Shown: in pieces, positions 42,366 to 57,006 of the stretch
How positions within the stretch are numbered: the first letter of the stretch is position 1
Layout of the letters: each line of letters opens with the position of its first letter
Source of the DNA: Octopus vulgaris
Taxonomy: Eukaryota
Length of the DNA stretch: 64,000 bases
Reading direction: 5' to 3'
Assembly (NCBI GenBank): GCA_951406725.2
Contig: OX597834.1
Coordinates: 2,728,001 to 2,792,000, forward strand
Notes under the pieces: model-generated
The model's input: only the letters and a program-made list of their open reading frames with translations
Databases searched by the model: none
What the model was told of the DNA's origin: nothing
Made by a program: the position numbers and the translations under genes

Positions 42366-43340
42366 AATAACTTAAACCTTATGATTGAAAATGTAGACAC
42401 ACGAGAATCAATTGGAATGAGATTATTTTATGATTTTTTATGAGATTTTAAGTCAACCCGGAAGTACATATTAAATTATTTCAAATAATTATTGAGACAA
42501 TATTTATTTTACTGATGTCTCTTTCCGTCAGGCATATTATTCAGATTGATATGCATGAAGAATATTAAAACAGTATGTAAATATATTGCTATATTTACAT
42601 ACAAACACAGATGCTGATGTGCATAAATTTACACAGATTAATACAGAAGTTTTTAACAAAATACGTGTAGCGAATACTGTCAAGTGGAAAAGTGAGCTTA
42701 TTTTATGGAAGTCACTCTTGAGAAATACTTCATAGAAACAGAAATGGAGAGGAGAGAAAGAAAGAAACTCAGCCTCTCACTCCTTAGAATCCTCTGTATT
42801 CTGTTTGTCTGTCTCTTTCTTTCTCGTCTTGACTTTCCTGCTCTCTGTCTCTCTCTCTCTCTTTCTTTCATTTTCTCTCTCTCAGAATCTTTCTGAAATC
42901 GAGTTGCTTCCTTTAGCTTCACAAAAAATGTAGGTAGGAACGTACTATTGTGCTAATATATAACAATAAGGATTTCTACTTATAAACAATAACAACAATT
43001 ATAATAAAAAGGTGTCGGGAAAATATGCAGACAAATACAGGGAGAGGGATCTCTAGGACCTCACATAAACACAAATAAAGAAAACTATATCACAAGACAT
43101 TGCATCCAAATACGGAGATTATCTCAGGATTTACACGCGCGCGTATGTACACGTACACATCTCACACACGTATGTATGTATATATATATGTGTGTGTGTG
43201 TGTGTTTGTTTGTGTGTGTGTGTGTGTGCGTGCGTGTGCGTGCGCGTATGTGTGTATTCAAAACGATGCTCCAGCATGGCCGCAGTTTAATAACTGAAAC
43301 AAAATAGATAATCTATCAATCTATATGTGTGTGTGTCTGC

Positions 43341-43400
<60 letters not shown>

Positions 43401-43403
<3 letters not shown>

Positions 43404-43707
43404 CGTGATCACCGTGACCGACCAGGCTATCAGATGTTGCTACACATCGCTGGTCACAATGCGTTTCGCATTGTTTTAGCCTTTAAATGACGCCACCCCC
43501 ACTGGCTAAGCGAGCAGGCCAACAGAAGAAAGAGTGAGAGAAAGTTGCGGCGAAAGAGTACAGCAGGGGTTACCCCCCCCCCCGCCGGAGCCTCGTGGAG
43601 CTTTAGGTGTTTTCGCTCAATAAACACTCACAATGACTAGTCTAGGAATCGAAACCGTGATCCTATGACCGCGAGTCCGCTGCCCTAACCACTGGGCCAT
43701 TGCGCCT

Positions 43708-43709
<2 letters not shown>
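43401..43709 (-). mobile_element. tRNA-derived SINE sharing head and centre with family C but with a different 3' tail
   Basis: Head ggaggcgcaatggcccagtggttagggcagcggactcgcggtc...ggtttcgattcc; tail gtagcaacatctgatagcctggtcggtcacggtga. Confidence 0.85.
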
Positions 43710-43773
<64 letters not shown>

Positions 43774-44263
43774 GTGTGCATGTATATAAATATACACACA
43801 CCATACAGAAGATGAGATAAAAAGTACTTGTCATATTTTCTTGTATCATCGTATCACATAGGGTAATCACCAGACAACAACACCACCAGGTATTGTATAG
43901 GTAATATATGGACTACTCTCAATATAGCAACATTATTTGATACCGCTCATATACTACATACCGTACTTCAGAACTTAGAAATACACAGCAAGCATAATTT
44001 ATCAGCCTGGGTACGGAGTACACATATTATTTTGGGTACATGGGTAGAGAGAAACGTCTGTCGGAGTTCCCGCCCCACTGTCTCTCTGTACTTAACTAAA
44101 TCAATAATTCTGTTGCCATTTCTAAAAAATAATTCATCCATTTTTTTTTTCTGAAAAATTGCAGAATATACAACATATTGAGAAAGTGGGCATTCAGTAC
44201 CAATAAGCGATAGTAATAAAAAAAGAAAACGGCATTTGTGTGGGTGTGTAGGTGCATGTTTGT

Positions 44264-44306
<43 letters not shown>

Positions 44307-44690
44307 AAAGCAATCTTAAATTTATCAAAGAAAAAATAAAATTAAGTAATGACTAAGAAACAGGTAAAGATTTAGAATTTATTGATGGGGAAGGGCGACT
44401 TTGACTTCGAAGTTTTGTCAAGGGCAGCTTCTCAAATAATCTCTCTCCCCTTTTCTCTCTTTCTCTCCGTATACACACGCACACAAGAAACGTGCGTATA
44501 TGTAGACAAAGCTATGTACGCAAATATATATGTATATATTTACTACAAATACAAGTATATATATGTATATACATATGTGTATATATGTATATATATGTTT
44601 GTATACACATATGTATCTACATATGTATACACTTATATGTAGTAAATATATAAATATATATTTGCGTACACTACATATACAAATATTATC

Positions 44691-44745
<55 letters not shown>

Positions 44746-45330
44746 CATATATATATATCTATGCATATATCTAAATAGCTATATATGTATGTGAATCGTG
44801 TATTTATGTATGTATTTATATATGTATATATGGCCGCATGTATGTATTCGTGCTTTCCGTGATTGTTTAAAAATTCGGCTAAATGTAGCTCCAAGCTGTC
44901 TGTAATGTCTTTTAGCGGTTTTTCTTACATACAGACATATTGGAATCATTACATAAATCTGTGTATCTATATGTATGTGCATATGTATATATATGCGTGT
45001 ACACGTGTATGTCTATATGAATGTAGTAATGTATGTCTGCCTGTGGGTGGTGTGCTTTAAGAAAAAAAACTAGCACGATATACGCACATGCACATACATA
45101 CATGCATACATACATACATACATACAGACATACATATATACATACATACAGACATATATATATATACATATGTACAAATACATATTTATACACATACACA
45201 TATATAAATATCGTGTCTGTGTTTCTTTGAATAACTTCATACTGTATATATGATTGTAATTGTGTGTATGAGTGTGTATGTGAGTGTATAGGAGATCAGT
45301 GTACATGTTTCTCTCTCTCTCTCTCACTCA

Positions 45331-45397
<67 letters not shown>

Positions 45398-45669
45398 TTT
45401 TTGCGTAATGAGATAAAAAAAACAAGGCTGTATAGATATTAGAGCATTTATAGATAGAAAATCTAACAGCTGCTTCTAGGATATTAATTAATAATATCCC
45501 TTCATCACGCTGACATAGAACCAACGTTGAACCCTTTATTCGCAATATTACCGAATCTGGAACTTAACTATGGTCTGTCTATAGCACTTATTCAGCATTA
45601 CCTGACACCTTTGGGTCTCAATGACACCATTATCTCTTATAACCTCAACTTCTCGCTTATATATATATA

Positions 45670-46306
45670 CTAGCAGTATCGCCCGGCGTTGCTCGGGTTT
45701 GTAAGGGAAATAACTATATAAGCATTTTTAGAGAGTTATAGCCAAAAAATAGCAAAAAATGCATTAAAAATGGAAAAAATATGATGGTAAATTTTTTTTT
45801 AAATCGTTGACTCATCGTAGACATTTTTAGAGAGTTACTTCCCTTATATAATAGCGAAAAAATGCATTAAAATGGAAAAAAAACGATGGTAAATTTTTTT
45901 TTAAATCGTAGACTCATGTAGACGCTTTCTTAGCCATTTCTGTTTTGGTGTCTTCAAGCCATGAAGTCGTTGTTCTAAAAGAACACTGGTCTCCTTGACA
46001 ACGCATTACGACGTTGATTTCCTTACACTCCCTTCCCCACAGGTGCAGGTGTGAGCGTGGACGCCAACTCCGCCGCCATCGACACACGAAAAATTATGCA
46101 TTAAAATGGAATAAAAAATGATGTTAAATTATTTTTAAAATCGTAGACTCATCGTAGACGCGCGCTAATATTCAGACGGGCTCGATATGAATCACGACTA
46201 TAAGCTACCCGAATTTAGTTAAACTGTACCGCAAAATGTGGGAGTAGTTAGGAATCTAAATCGAAGGGGACATACACTCACACAACTACAGTTTTATATA
46301 TATAGA
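45670..46306 (-). mobile_element. Non-autonomous Helitron (copy A1)
   Basis: Minus strand: A|TCTATATATATAAAA...CCCGAGCAACGCCGGG hairpin, then cgatactgCTAG|T; internal ~65-bp subrepeats. Confidence 0.88.
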
Positions 46307-46349
46307 TATACATAGCGCAGTAGTGGTGAGATATGACAGCAAAGAAAAG

Positions 46350-46685
46350 CATACATTCACTCTCTGCATGCAATTAGACTCGGAAAGTTCGTGAGGAACC
46401 CATTGACCCAATTTGCTGACTTTTCCGATAGCACACAGGTGTCAATGAATGGTTGAATGACCAAATCCAAGCTTCTCTGCTAGTTCCTCAACAGTTACGA
46501 TGATATTTTGTTCCACCAGGGTTTTCAGGATGTCCTTGTCGAGTTCTACAGATCTTTCAGGATGAGGCTCGTCTTCTAGGCTGTAGTTTATGGCTCGGGA
46601 TTTCTGGAACCACCATTGACACTGCCTTACGCTTATTGTCCAATCCCCATATACTGCATTAATATTTCTTGTACTTTGCACACAT
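46350..46685 (-). mobile_element. Mariner transposase fragment (HTH through WVPHEL)
   Basis: RNINAVYGDWTISVRQCQWWFQK...SLEDEPHPERS...TVEELAEKLGFGHSTIH*HLCAIGKVSKLGQWVPHELSE. Confidence 0.9.
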
Positions 46686-46918
46686 TTATATTCTGTTATT
46701 CTTTTATATGTTTCAGCCTTGAGGTTGTGGCCATGCTGGATCATGTGTGTGTGTGTGTGTGTGTGTGTGTCTATCTGTCTGTCTGTCTGTATGTATATAT
46801 GTATATGTATGTGTGTGAACAATAATATTTTCAACAGATGTGTTGCAAATGTATCTGATTGTTCTGAAGCTTCAATACTGTGTGTGTGTGTGTATGTGTG
46901 TGTGTGTATGTATGTATG

Positions 46919-46950
<32 letters not shown>

Positions 46951-47176
46951 TGTATGTATGTATGTGTGTATGTATGTATGTGTGTGTATGTATGTGTGTG
47001 TGTATGTGTGTGTGTGTATGTATGTATGTATGTATGTATGTATGTATGTATGTATGTATGTATGAGTGTATGTTTACTTTATTACTAATTACTCTCTTCC
47101 AAGAACATTTTCACACACTCTTAGCTCTTAGCTTCCCATACATTTTACTCATGTATCTATCAGCGTCATAGACAGA

Positions 47177-47486
47177 ATACTTTCACTTTAGTCTTCCTCA
47201 AATCACTCTGTCGCTCTTTACTTTCATTTTATTCGTTGCCCACTGTGTGTGTGCGTTTGCGTGTGGTGTAAACCAGACTAAGAAAAGCATTTGACACACA
47301 CACCAGAATGTGAGTTTTCTGTAAATTTTGCTTAATTGGAGTTTAAATTTTAAAAACTGGACCTGGCATGACGCGATGCATTGTACTCTTAAAAATGGTA
47401 GGTAAATTGTAATTGAAGAAATCCTATATTGTAGATTTCTATAACTCCCAAAGGGAGGCAGATAAAATCTGCCTTTTATAATAAGA
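47177..47486 (-). mobile_element. Helitron-like 5' segment B, copy 1 (near-identical to 48730-49041)
   Basis: Begins TCTTATTATAAAAGGCAGA on the minus strand; ~310-bp direct repeat with few substitutions. Confidence 0.75.
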
Positions 47487-47871
47487 CTAGCAGTATCGCC
47501 CGGCGTTGCTCGGGTTGTAAGGGAAATAACTATATAAGCATTTTTAGAGAGTTATAGCCAAAAAATGCATTAAAAATTGAAAAAAAATTAAGGTAAATTT
47601 TTTTTTAAATCGTTGACACATCGTAGATATTTTTAGAGAGTTACTTCCCTTATATAAAAGCGAAAAAAATTCATTAAAATGGAAAAATATGATGGTAAAT
47701 TTTTTTTTAAATCGTAGACTCATCGTAGACGCACGCTAATACCCAGAAGGGCTCGATATGAATCACGACTATAAGATACCCGCTTTTGGTTAAACTGCAC
47801 CGCAAAATGTGGGAGTAGTTAGGAATCTAAATCGTAGGAGACAGACACACAACTTCACTCTTATATAAAGA
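47487..47871 (-). mobile_element. Non-autonomous Helitron (copy A2)
   Basis: A|TCTTTATATAAGAG...CCCGAGCAACGCCGGG...CTAG, same family as 45670-46306 but shorter. Confidence 0.88.
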
Positions 47872-48729
47872 TGCTTTTTTTTTTTCAGTCATAGAGTTAG
47901 ATTTATGAAGGTCTTCAGTAGAAAATCCTTCGAATTCTGACTCGCTGCTTGATATAATGAAATTCGTATCCATTTTTTGTCAGAATTAAACATTTTGAAA
48001 ACACAATAGGAACAAATTTCGGAAAAAAATCTCCCATAATTCACGGAATTAAAATTACACTTCGATTTTTGTACAAACCTGTAGTTGAAGTGTTTACGAA
48101 GTATAATACGTGTTTTCACGAATGTACTAAAGAGATTTGCTCTGATATTCTCATTTAAATATGAATAGGTAAATTCGGGCGGCTTGGTAACTATATATAA
48201 GTGTCGTCTGTTTATACATAAACACTGTTTCATACTGCAATTATATATACATATATCTATATATAATATTATATAATAAAATATATACAGAGTAAAATAA
48301 AAACCAATTTACCTTTTCTGTCCTCCGTGTGTCTTTGCAAATGTGTTGGAATGATAAGTGAGTTGTGTTTTTGCGCCTTTTTTACTAATAACAAACACAC
48401 ACGTGTTTGTATGTAGTTGTATGTGTATGTAGTTGTATGTAGTTGTATATGTATGTGTATGCGTGTGTGTGAGGAATGACACACACACACTCACGCACGC
48501 ACACATGTACATCAATGCTTTCGGAGTGATATGTTAAAATATTGAGTTTTCTCGAATTTTGTCTTAATTGGGGGTGAAATTGAAAGAAATATATTATGGC
48601 ATGAGCGAATGGAGTACTTTGAAAAATCTTAGGTAAATTCTAATTGAAGAAATTGTGTGAGGACTAAATGGTTATGTATTTATTTGTTTCTGTTTGCTGT
48701 GTTTTTTTATTTTTTGAGTAGTGGTTTAA

Positions 48730-49036
48730 ATACTTTCAGTTTAGTCTTCCTCAAATCACTCTGTCGCTATTTACTTTCATTTTATTCGTTGCACACTGTG
48801 TGTGTGCGTTTGCGTGTGGTGTAAACCAGACTAAGAAAAGCATTTGACACACACACCAGAATGTGAGTTTTCTGTAAATTTTGCTTAATTTGAGTTTAAA
48901 TTTTAAAAACTGGACCTGGCATGACGCGATGCATTGTACTCTTAAAAATGCTAGGTAAATTGTAATTGAAGAACTCCTATATTGTAGATTTGTATAACTC
49001 CCAAAGGGAGGCTGATAAAATCTGCCTTTTATAATA

Positions 49037-49041
<5 letters not shown>
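48730..49041 (-). mobile_element. Helitron-like 5' segment B, copy 2
   Basis: Direct repeat of 47177-47486; begins TCTCTTATTATAAAAGG next to (TA)n. Confidence 0.75.
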
Positions 49042-49102
<61 letters not shown>

Positions 49103-50099
49103 ACCTATACATGTGTGTGTGTATCCTCTGTTGGCCTTTTGGTGCAACATGCACTGTTGCTTATATCGCTAGCGGGGAGATAAAGTCCCGCTATCTCCAG
49201 CACCCTGACTACCATATCACATGATTCCGACCTTGCTAGGTCTACTCAATGATGGATGCTCTATCGCTAGAGAGTTTCTCTCGTGGTATCTACCGCAGTA
49301 TGGTTTATTCTAACAGAACATCCACTTTTAAGTTGGGGGGGTAAATATTACCTCTGAGTATTAAAACTGTCTCAGTCGTTATATTTGTAAACAAGCCCAC
49401 TGGTTAATCGTGACACCAGCGCCTGTTCTGGCGCTGTTTTCTATATATCACTGGCGGGGAGATAAGCCGCTGCTGTCTCTTAAATAAATGAACATTTTCT
49501 CATTATGAAACAGCGATACGTCATTAAATTGATATTCTTGGGGTAGTTAGTTGTAAATTCACCTAGTTTGACATTATAGACCTCCAACCCACCATAATTA
49601 AATCCTTTCTCTGGAAAGCCTTGATGTTCGCCAACATTATTACACTTATTACTTAATCTGATATTAAGAGACTTATGCATTCAAGAGAAATCCTCTTGGT
49701 TCACGGGAACCCATTACGGAAACGACTAGTCCGATGACAACATGGGATCCAATGATGACGCTGAAGTATGCGAAATTTTGGAATTCATATTTTGAACCTC
49801 TTGCATAAAAGACTTTTACCTTGACAGGATTTTCATATTGAGATGATGTTCTTATAGTTGCGCGCAGTATAAAAGATCGCTAAATAAACTGATTTATAAA
49901 AGATTTTATATAGAAATAAGTTTAACAATCAGAGTTTATACTAATAATAACGCAGTTAATATTCTTGTTGCCGTTTTAAATTTATAGAGAAATAGGTTTA
50001 CGCTAACCGAAATCCTAATGAAAGGCTATTATATGCAAATAAGTATCCTCCTACCACCACTTCCACCAGCATCTCCATCACCATTTACAACGAATTTAC

Positions 50100-51250
50100 T
50101 ATGCAGTATTGGTTAATGTTTATCTTTCTTATCACCTTTAACGTAACGAAGCACTTTGAAATAGTAGATTTACAAAGACGGTGTACGTTGTCAAATAGTA
50201 TTTTGAAAAGTAAAAGAGACCGAGATATGTTTTATGATATAATCCAGTTTTTAGTTCAAACGTTCGTACACGTCATAAGAAACTTCTTAATCTTAATCTC
50301 TTTACATTTTACCATAAATAATCGCTAACGTAAGCTTTTTATTTGGAATACGATTAAGGTAAGCTATTTTTTCGAACTCTTTCAACTATTTTAATTCTAG
50401 AAAGCTTACCAATAATAATAATACAAACAACTATAATATAGTCCATTCTACTTATAACTGCATCTTATAATTACTACCTTGATGGTAAGCGTCTTGCAAA
50501 ATGTTTTAATCTAAAGTCCAAACTGCCAGCATCGTTTTCCCCATGGACATTATCATATTGACTCAGAATTGCTTTAACGATAACTTTCATCAACACATCA
50601 ATGCATTAAAAAATCATGGATGAAAATTTTCCAGAATTCTTTTCAAATATATTTATTGTTTAGTCAAATAGAATTTTTGTAGATGGTTTTAAAAAGAAAC
50701 GGCTTATGTATTCAGTAGGTTATGTCCGAATCTAAACTGCAACCTTTGTTTAAATGAAAAACATTTTAAAACATACACGTGTTGTATTCTTGGTGCATAG
50801 GGGAGACAATCCCTTCTAGATGAAGCTAAGGAAAGATTGGAGGTTCTACTCAAAGAGTAGAAAAGGTGCGCAAGGTATACACATATATTTCTTTTCCATA
50901 CACATTATAAAGATCTTGAATTTCCAGTCGTTGTTAGCTATGTATAGTGATATTTCCTCCTCATTTGGAATCGTTAGTACAGCTTAACCCGAGGCAAATA
51001 AATAATGCTAAATACTTAATGTATTATTTCAAAATAACAACAGTCTGAATTAATGGTCTGAGATGTGAGGTTTTTGTAGACAAGCTTTGAAATTCTAACT
51101 CTGAAATGCTGAATAGTCAAACGATTTTCTCAATTCTGTCACATCAGATCTATCTCAAGTATGATACGGTATATCCTATTAAAATTTATTTAAATCGTTT
51201 TTAAGAAACTAAAATCTCCATCTGAAAATATACGTGAACATATAATAATT
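50100..51250 (-). mobile_element. Possible ancient Penelope-like RT remnant
   Basis: Only faint motif echoes across frames (SMGKTML resembling AMGTKMAP; GLYHKT resembling DIYHKPT); heavily decayed. Confidence 0.3.
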
Positions 51251-52135
51251 TTTAGGAGCTTTAATAGCAGTTTTATTTATCTGTGTAACTAAAATTAATA
51301 CTATTAAATAAAAACACATCAATTCTCTATAGATCTAGTAATAAAATAGCTAATCTTATATTTCTGAAAACTCGTTTCATTTCGGTTTTACATCTGACCG
51401 TTGCCAAGAACCACAGGAATTTTCCAGGAGTTTAACTATTCTGGAACATGTCGTAACATCTTTATTATTTATATTTCAGAATGAAAATTTCCAATATTAT
51501 CACCGGCGTTTTGTTCTGTCTATTTACCCCTCCCCTTCAATCACAGCCACACTTTCTCAACCAACGCATTTTCCAACATTCGTCGCCATCTTCACATATT
51601 TTTTCCCCTTCTTCTTGTATTTATCTGTGACAACCTTAATTATAATTCGTTATTTACTATTACTCAATAATCATGGTACCCCCACCATCTGCTTTTCTCC
51701 ATTCCCTGAACTAATCCGCCACATCTACACACTCTCTCTCTCACACGCACTCACACACACACAGACACACACACAAACACACACCCTGTTTATACCAACC
51801 TACCAACCTTCCTGGCAACCTGCTTACCTACCTACCTACCTACCTACCTACCTACCAAACTACCACCAAACTTATCAAAACGACTACCACCTAATCAACT
51901 TATCTACCTAGCAATCTACCCGCTCCTCATCTCTCCTTTTGCCTATTTATTTATTTGTATGCTAGACTCTCCATCCATCCATCCATCCATCCATGTACCA
52001 ATCTCTCCGTCTGTCTGTTTGTCTATCCATTAATCTATTCATTTACCTGTGTCTATCTGCCTATCAAATTTAGCCAACCATCTATCAATTCGTTTACCTG
52101 TGAGTCTGTCTGCCGTCCGCCTGTTCGTCTGTCCG

Positions 52136-52198
<63 letters not shown>

Positions 52199-52589
52199 GT
52201 CTGTCTGTCTGCCTGCTTCTCTGTCAGTTTATCTATCTATCCATCTACCCTTCTATCTTCCCACACATCTATTTAACTATCTACTCCACCCTCCTCTACG
52301 CCTAACACCATATATTTAACTTCACCCCCACCCCACACACACTATCTGCCCCCCCCCCATACACACACATTACTTCGGTAGATAGATATCTCTCCTTTAA
52401 TACAATAGCTGAAAGGATCATTTGGATAAAACTGTGTTCCCCAGTAGTATTTAATAGATTAATGGATTAAAGGATTACTGGATTAGCGGTTTAACCGTAT
52501 AAGAGCAGCTTCCTACAATAAACTTGTGTAGCGGCCATAGTTTATATGCTTGAAGAACAACAGCAGTACCTTCACCACCTTCACCACCT

Positions 52590-52620
<31 letters not shown>

Positions 52621-52769
52621 CACCACCATCAACAACAACAACAACTCTACCATCACCAACAACACCACTACCACGAATATATCAATACTACCACTACGAG
52701 TACTACAACCGCCACCAACCCCAATGTCATCACAACTACAACCAGCATCATCATTACCACCACCACCAT

Positions 52770-53010
52770 CACCACTACCATAACTACCACCGCCTTCACT
52801 GCCATCCATACCACCACCACCACCACCACTACCATAACTACCACCTCCTTCACTGCCATCCATACCACCACCACCACCACCACCACCACTACCATAACTA
52901 CCACCTCCTTCACTGCCATCCATACCACCACCACCACCACCACCACCACCACCACCATAACTACCACCTCCTTCACTGCCATCCATACCACCACCACCAC
53001 CACCACCACC
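52770..53010. repeat. Minisatellite, 4 units of ~57-63 bp (ACCATAACTACCACCTCCTTCACTGCCATCCAT(ACC)n)
   Basis: Directly visible; unit length varies with the ACC count. Confidence 0.9.
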
Positions 53011-53638
53011 ACTTGCATCGTTATCAATATCACAATCATCATCATCACAATAAGCATGCACGTTATCACAATCCCCCGCCGCCAAACCATCGACACACAC
53101 CGTCACCATCACCCTTGCAGTGATCACGAATATTCTTGGAATTACCACTGCTAGCATCACTACTACCACCAGCACCACCACTGCTACTGCAACTATTACA
53201 ACCACTTCTATGGTTTCCCACCACCACCACCACCACCGCATCAGCAACAATAACTGTTGTCGTCGTCGTCATCCGCAGCAGCAGTAGCAGCAGCATCGCC
53301 ATCACCGCCGTCGTCATACTCATCATCATCATCATCGTCATCATCATCATCATCTTCGACATCATCATCATCGTCGTCATCAAAGAATAGTCTACATGTC
53401 ACGTGCGCTTCATGTATTCTGATTAAGCAAAGGATTAGGGTGGATTATTGTTTTCAGCTCAACACAAATAATCATGCAAACATACGTGTGTGTGTGTATG
53501 TATATATATATATATATATGCGTTTGTGTGTGTGCGCGTGCGTGTGGTGTATGTATGAGCGTAAATGTGTATATATACATATACTTATATGTAAATATGC
53601 ATAAAAAACACACACATGTATATATACCTATGCATATG

Positions 53639-53695
<57 letters not shown>

Positions 53696-55844
53696 TTATA
53701 TATAATATATCTATATATTTATATATATATACACACCTATATATAGCATGTATGTGTATGTGTGTGTGTGTGTGTGTCTATGTAAATATCGAAGTTTCAG
53801 GAACAAAAAAAATGAACAGAGTACAAAAGTAATTATATTTGCTTTGTAAGAGAGAGACATAAGAGAGCTTAACTTTTCGGATAGTGGGCCTTCGTCAAAG
53901 AAAGACGAAGCAGAGAAGGAAAGCAAAAAAAGGGATTTATAACGAAAGCCATATGATGAAATGAGTAAAGGTAGCTGAGGGGGAAAATAATGGATATTGC
54001 GGTCGAAAAGGTGTTTTAGCACGTTACGTATGTGTATATTATAAAGCCAGGGTAGATAACGGGTGACAACTTGCAAAGATGATGTGTACCTACGTGTAGA
54101 GTAATGCACGTGTGTATATGCAGCTGTGTGAGTGTGTGTAGATATTTGTATGTATTTTGTTGTGTTGGTGGTGGGATTATGACATAACGATATATACTGT
54201 GGTAGATGAATCTGTGTGAGTGTGTGTTGTAAAGTGAACATGAGGTCATTTATCAGTGTATGATGTTGCTAAGGGGATTCAGTTTTATTAAATAATGTGA
54301 TTATTGCTTGCAAGTGTGTCGACTGTGTGAGGACGGAAAATAAGCTCTTCTTCACGGTGTAGGCGAGCGACAATTGCGCCATCGTATAAAATAACACTGC
54401 AAACAGAGAAATGCTGGTATGCACGGTCAGGAGGATTGCAGAGTCAAGTTACTGGTCGGAATGCTTCGATAATGTAACGTCGATCTTATAAAAGATGCTC
54501 TTTAAAACTATCTTTCAGTCTCCGACCAGTTCCTCTTGCATATAGCAAGTAATGAATTCAGTAAATAATGCTGTTTATTAGGAGTAACAGAATGTATGGT
54601 TCATGATATTTATTCCGGCTCCCTACTCAATTTAATATATTATTATTAGTATGAGGTCAACTTTATCTTTCATCCTTTCGAGGTCGATAAAATAAGTACC
54701 AGTTGAGCCCTGCAGTCAATATCATCGACTTACCCTCTCCTTCGAACTTCCTGATCTTGGGCCAAAATTTGAAACCAGTAGTAGTAGTAGTAGTAGAAAT
54801 AACATATATCAATTTTAAAATATTCTGTACAGTACATCTATATGTAGCATGTGTTAATCACTTCTTGAATAATACGGCTTCTGATTGGCCAAATTAGTGC
54901 TCCTTAGCGAATCTTTTTTTTATCTCAACCAATGAAAAAACCCAATGAACTTGGATAGTAAAATATCTGATGTATCTCCCCTTCACTTTGTTTATACATT
55001 CAAAGCCAAGAACTTTTTTTTCTTTGTTTTACCTTTCAAATACACGAACATCTTTATCGGAACGGGTTCTTGTGATTCTAGTAAAACTGAGACCGCGCAG
55101 GTTTTCTATCAAGCGAAGTATTTAAGCAGGTCTCCATAGACCTGTCGGGTGAGGGTCCCTCGGAATACAACCATTAAAATAGAATCAAAGGGATTAACGA
55201 AGAATTATCGATAGAAACCAATATACTAAAGTGGTTGTAAATCGGCGAATTAAAATAGGGGCTGAGAAACTGCATGATGCTTGCAGTAGAAATGGCAGTT
55301 AATCAGTTATTCAACGGGAAGCACAAAGGTTGTGCTGCCATAGCTAAAAGGATGAACTGCCCGCCACAAGGGCACGAAAGTTTGACGATGGATCGAAATA
55401 ACACGTGGAGTGGTAACAAAGTTTAAAATAATATCATGATGGACGCATGTTATCCGCTTCTTTACAGATTTGCGTAGTTTTCCCGCAGTAAATGGCCCAG
55501 CTTCAGCAATCTATTGCTGAAAAACTGTAAAATACATGACTGACCAAATATGGAGGTTTTTATGTCGCTATCTCAATGATTTGCAATGGTTCAGGTTGAA
55601 AAGATAATGTTGATAGAGTCTGAGGGTATTGAAACGCGGATAGTGAGGAGTAGGGGTGAGGGGGGGGCGGAAATTGTTTGGATTGGATGGTCACTGCCCT
55701 ACCAGCTTGATAGATGTATGTGAGGTAGATTTATTTACCCTATACTTAGCAGACGTCTGCTGCAAAAACTAGCAGACAGGGTGTATTTGCAGGATAAAAG
55801 GCGATGTCAACCTCGGTGGAATAATAATAATAATAATAATAATG

Positions 55845-55912
<68 letters not shown>

Positions 55913-56892
55913 TATTATTATTATTATTATAATGGCTTCAAATTTCGTGGGGAGGGAGTAAGTCGATTCTAGTGCTCAACTGGTACTTATTTTATTAACC
56001 GCCGAAGGGATGAAAGATAAAATTTTCTTTGGTGGGATTTGAACTCAGAGTATAAATCCTGTTATTTTCTCGGACCACCTAACGATTCTGCCAGATCGCC
56101 GCTTTAGTACATTTACTGTAAGACCGAGGTTGACATCACCTTTTTTGCCTTTTGGGGGCCAATTAATTAAGTACCAGTGGAACACTGAGGGTCGATGTAA
56201 TCGACTCATCCCCTCCCCCAAAACTGCTGCGCTTGTGGCAAAATTTCAAACAATTATTATTATTATTATTATTATTATAAGAAATCATCTTTGTGATTTT
56301 AACATGTGTGTGATTGAGTTACTAGAAATGTTTGTCATATTGGTTTTTTTCTAAACTAATTTAAATTTTATTTTCCTTATTGGGTGTTTTTCTTTTATAA
56401 ATTTTTATAAATTCATTAATTCTTTTTCATTTTCTGTACTTACGTCAAATTTTATTATGTTCATTATAAAACGTCCTTATCTGGCCTATCATTCTTGTCA
56501 TATAAATTTACATACATACATGTATGTGTGTGTGAATGCGCATATATTTATGTATGTGTATGTGTGTGTGTGTGTGTAATTAGATATGTACATCCATACA
56601 TACATAATTTCATCTTAATCCCTGTATGATTCGTAACCGCCATGTTTTAGCTTTAATTGTACTTATATATGTATTTGTGTTTATATACATGCATGTATGT
56701 GTGTGCATGGCATATATGTATGCATGTACGTATGTGTGTATGTACTTATGTACATACATACATATGTATATACATACATACATATAATGAGCATGATGGC
56801 GAATAAAAAACACATTATTCACTTCAGTTGTTTGCGAAAAGTACCACACCTCCTTTCCAAAATTCTTGGACATTTTGCAATTCATACACACA

Positions 56893-57006
<114 letters not shown>

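Noticed and set aside
52513-53250. 245-aa Gly-rich ORF (GGGMDGSEGGGSYG repeats) resembling a structural protein
   Set aside because: It arises from an (ACC)n-based minisatellite open in several frames on both strands, with no credible gene context. It cannot be fully excluded without RNA data.
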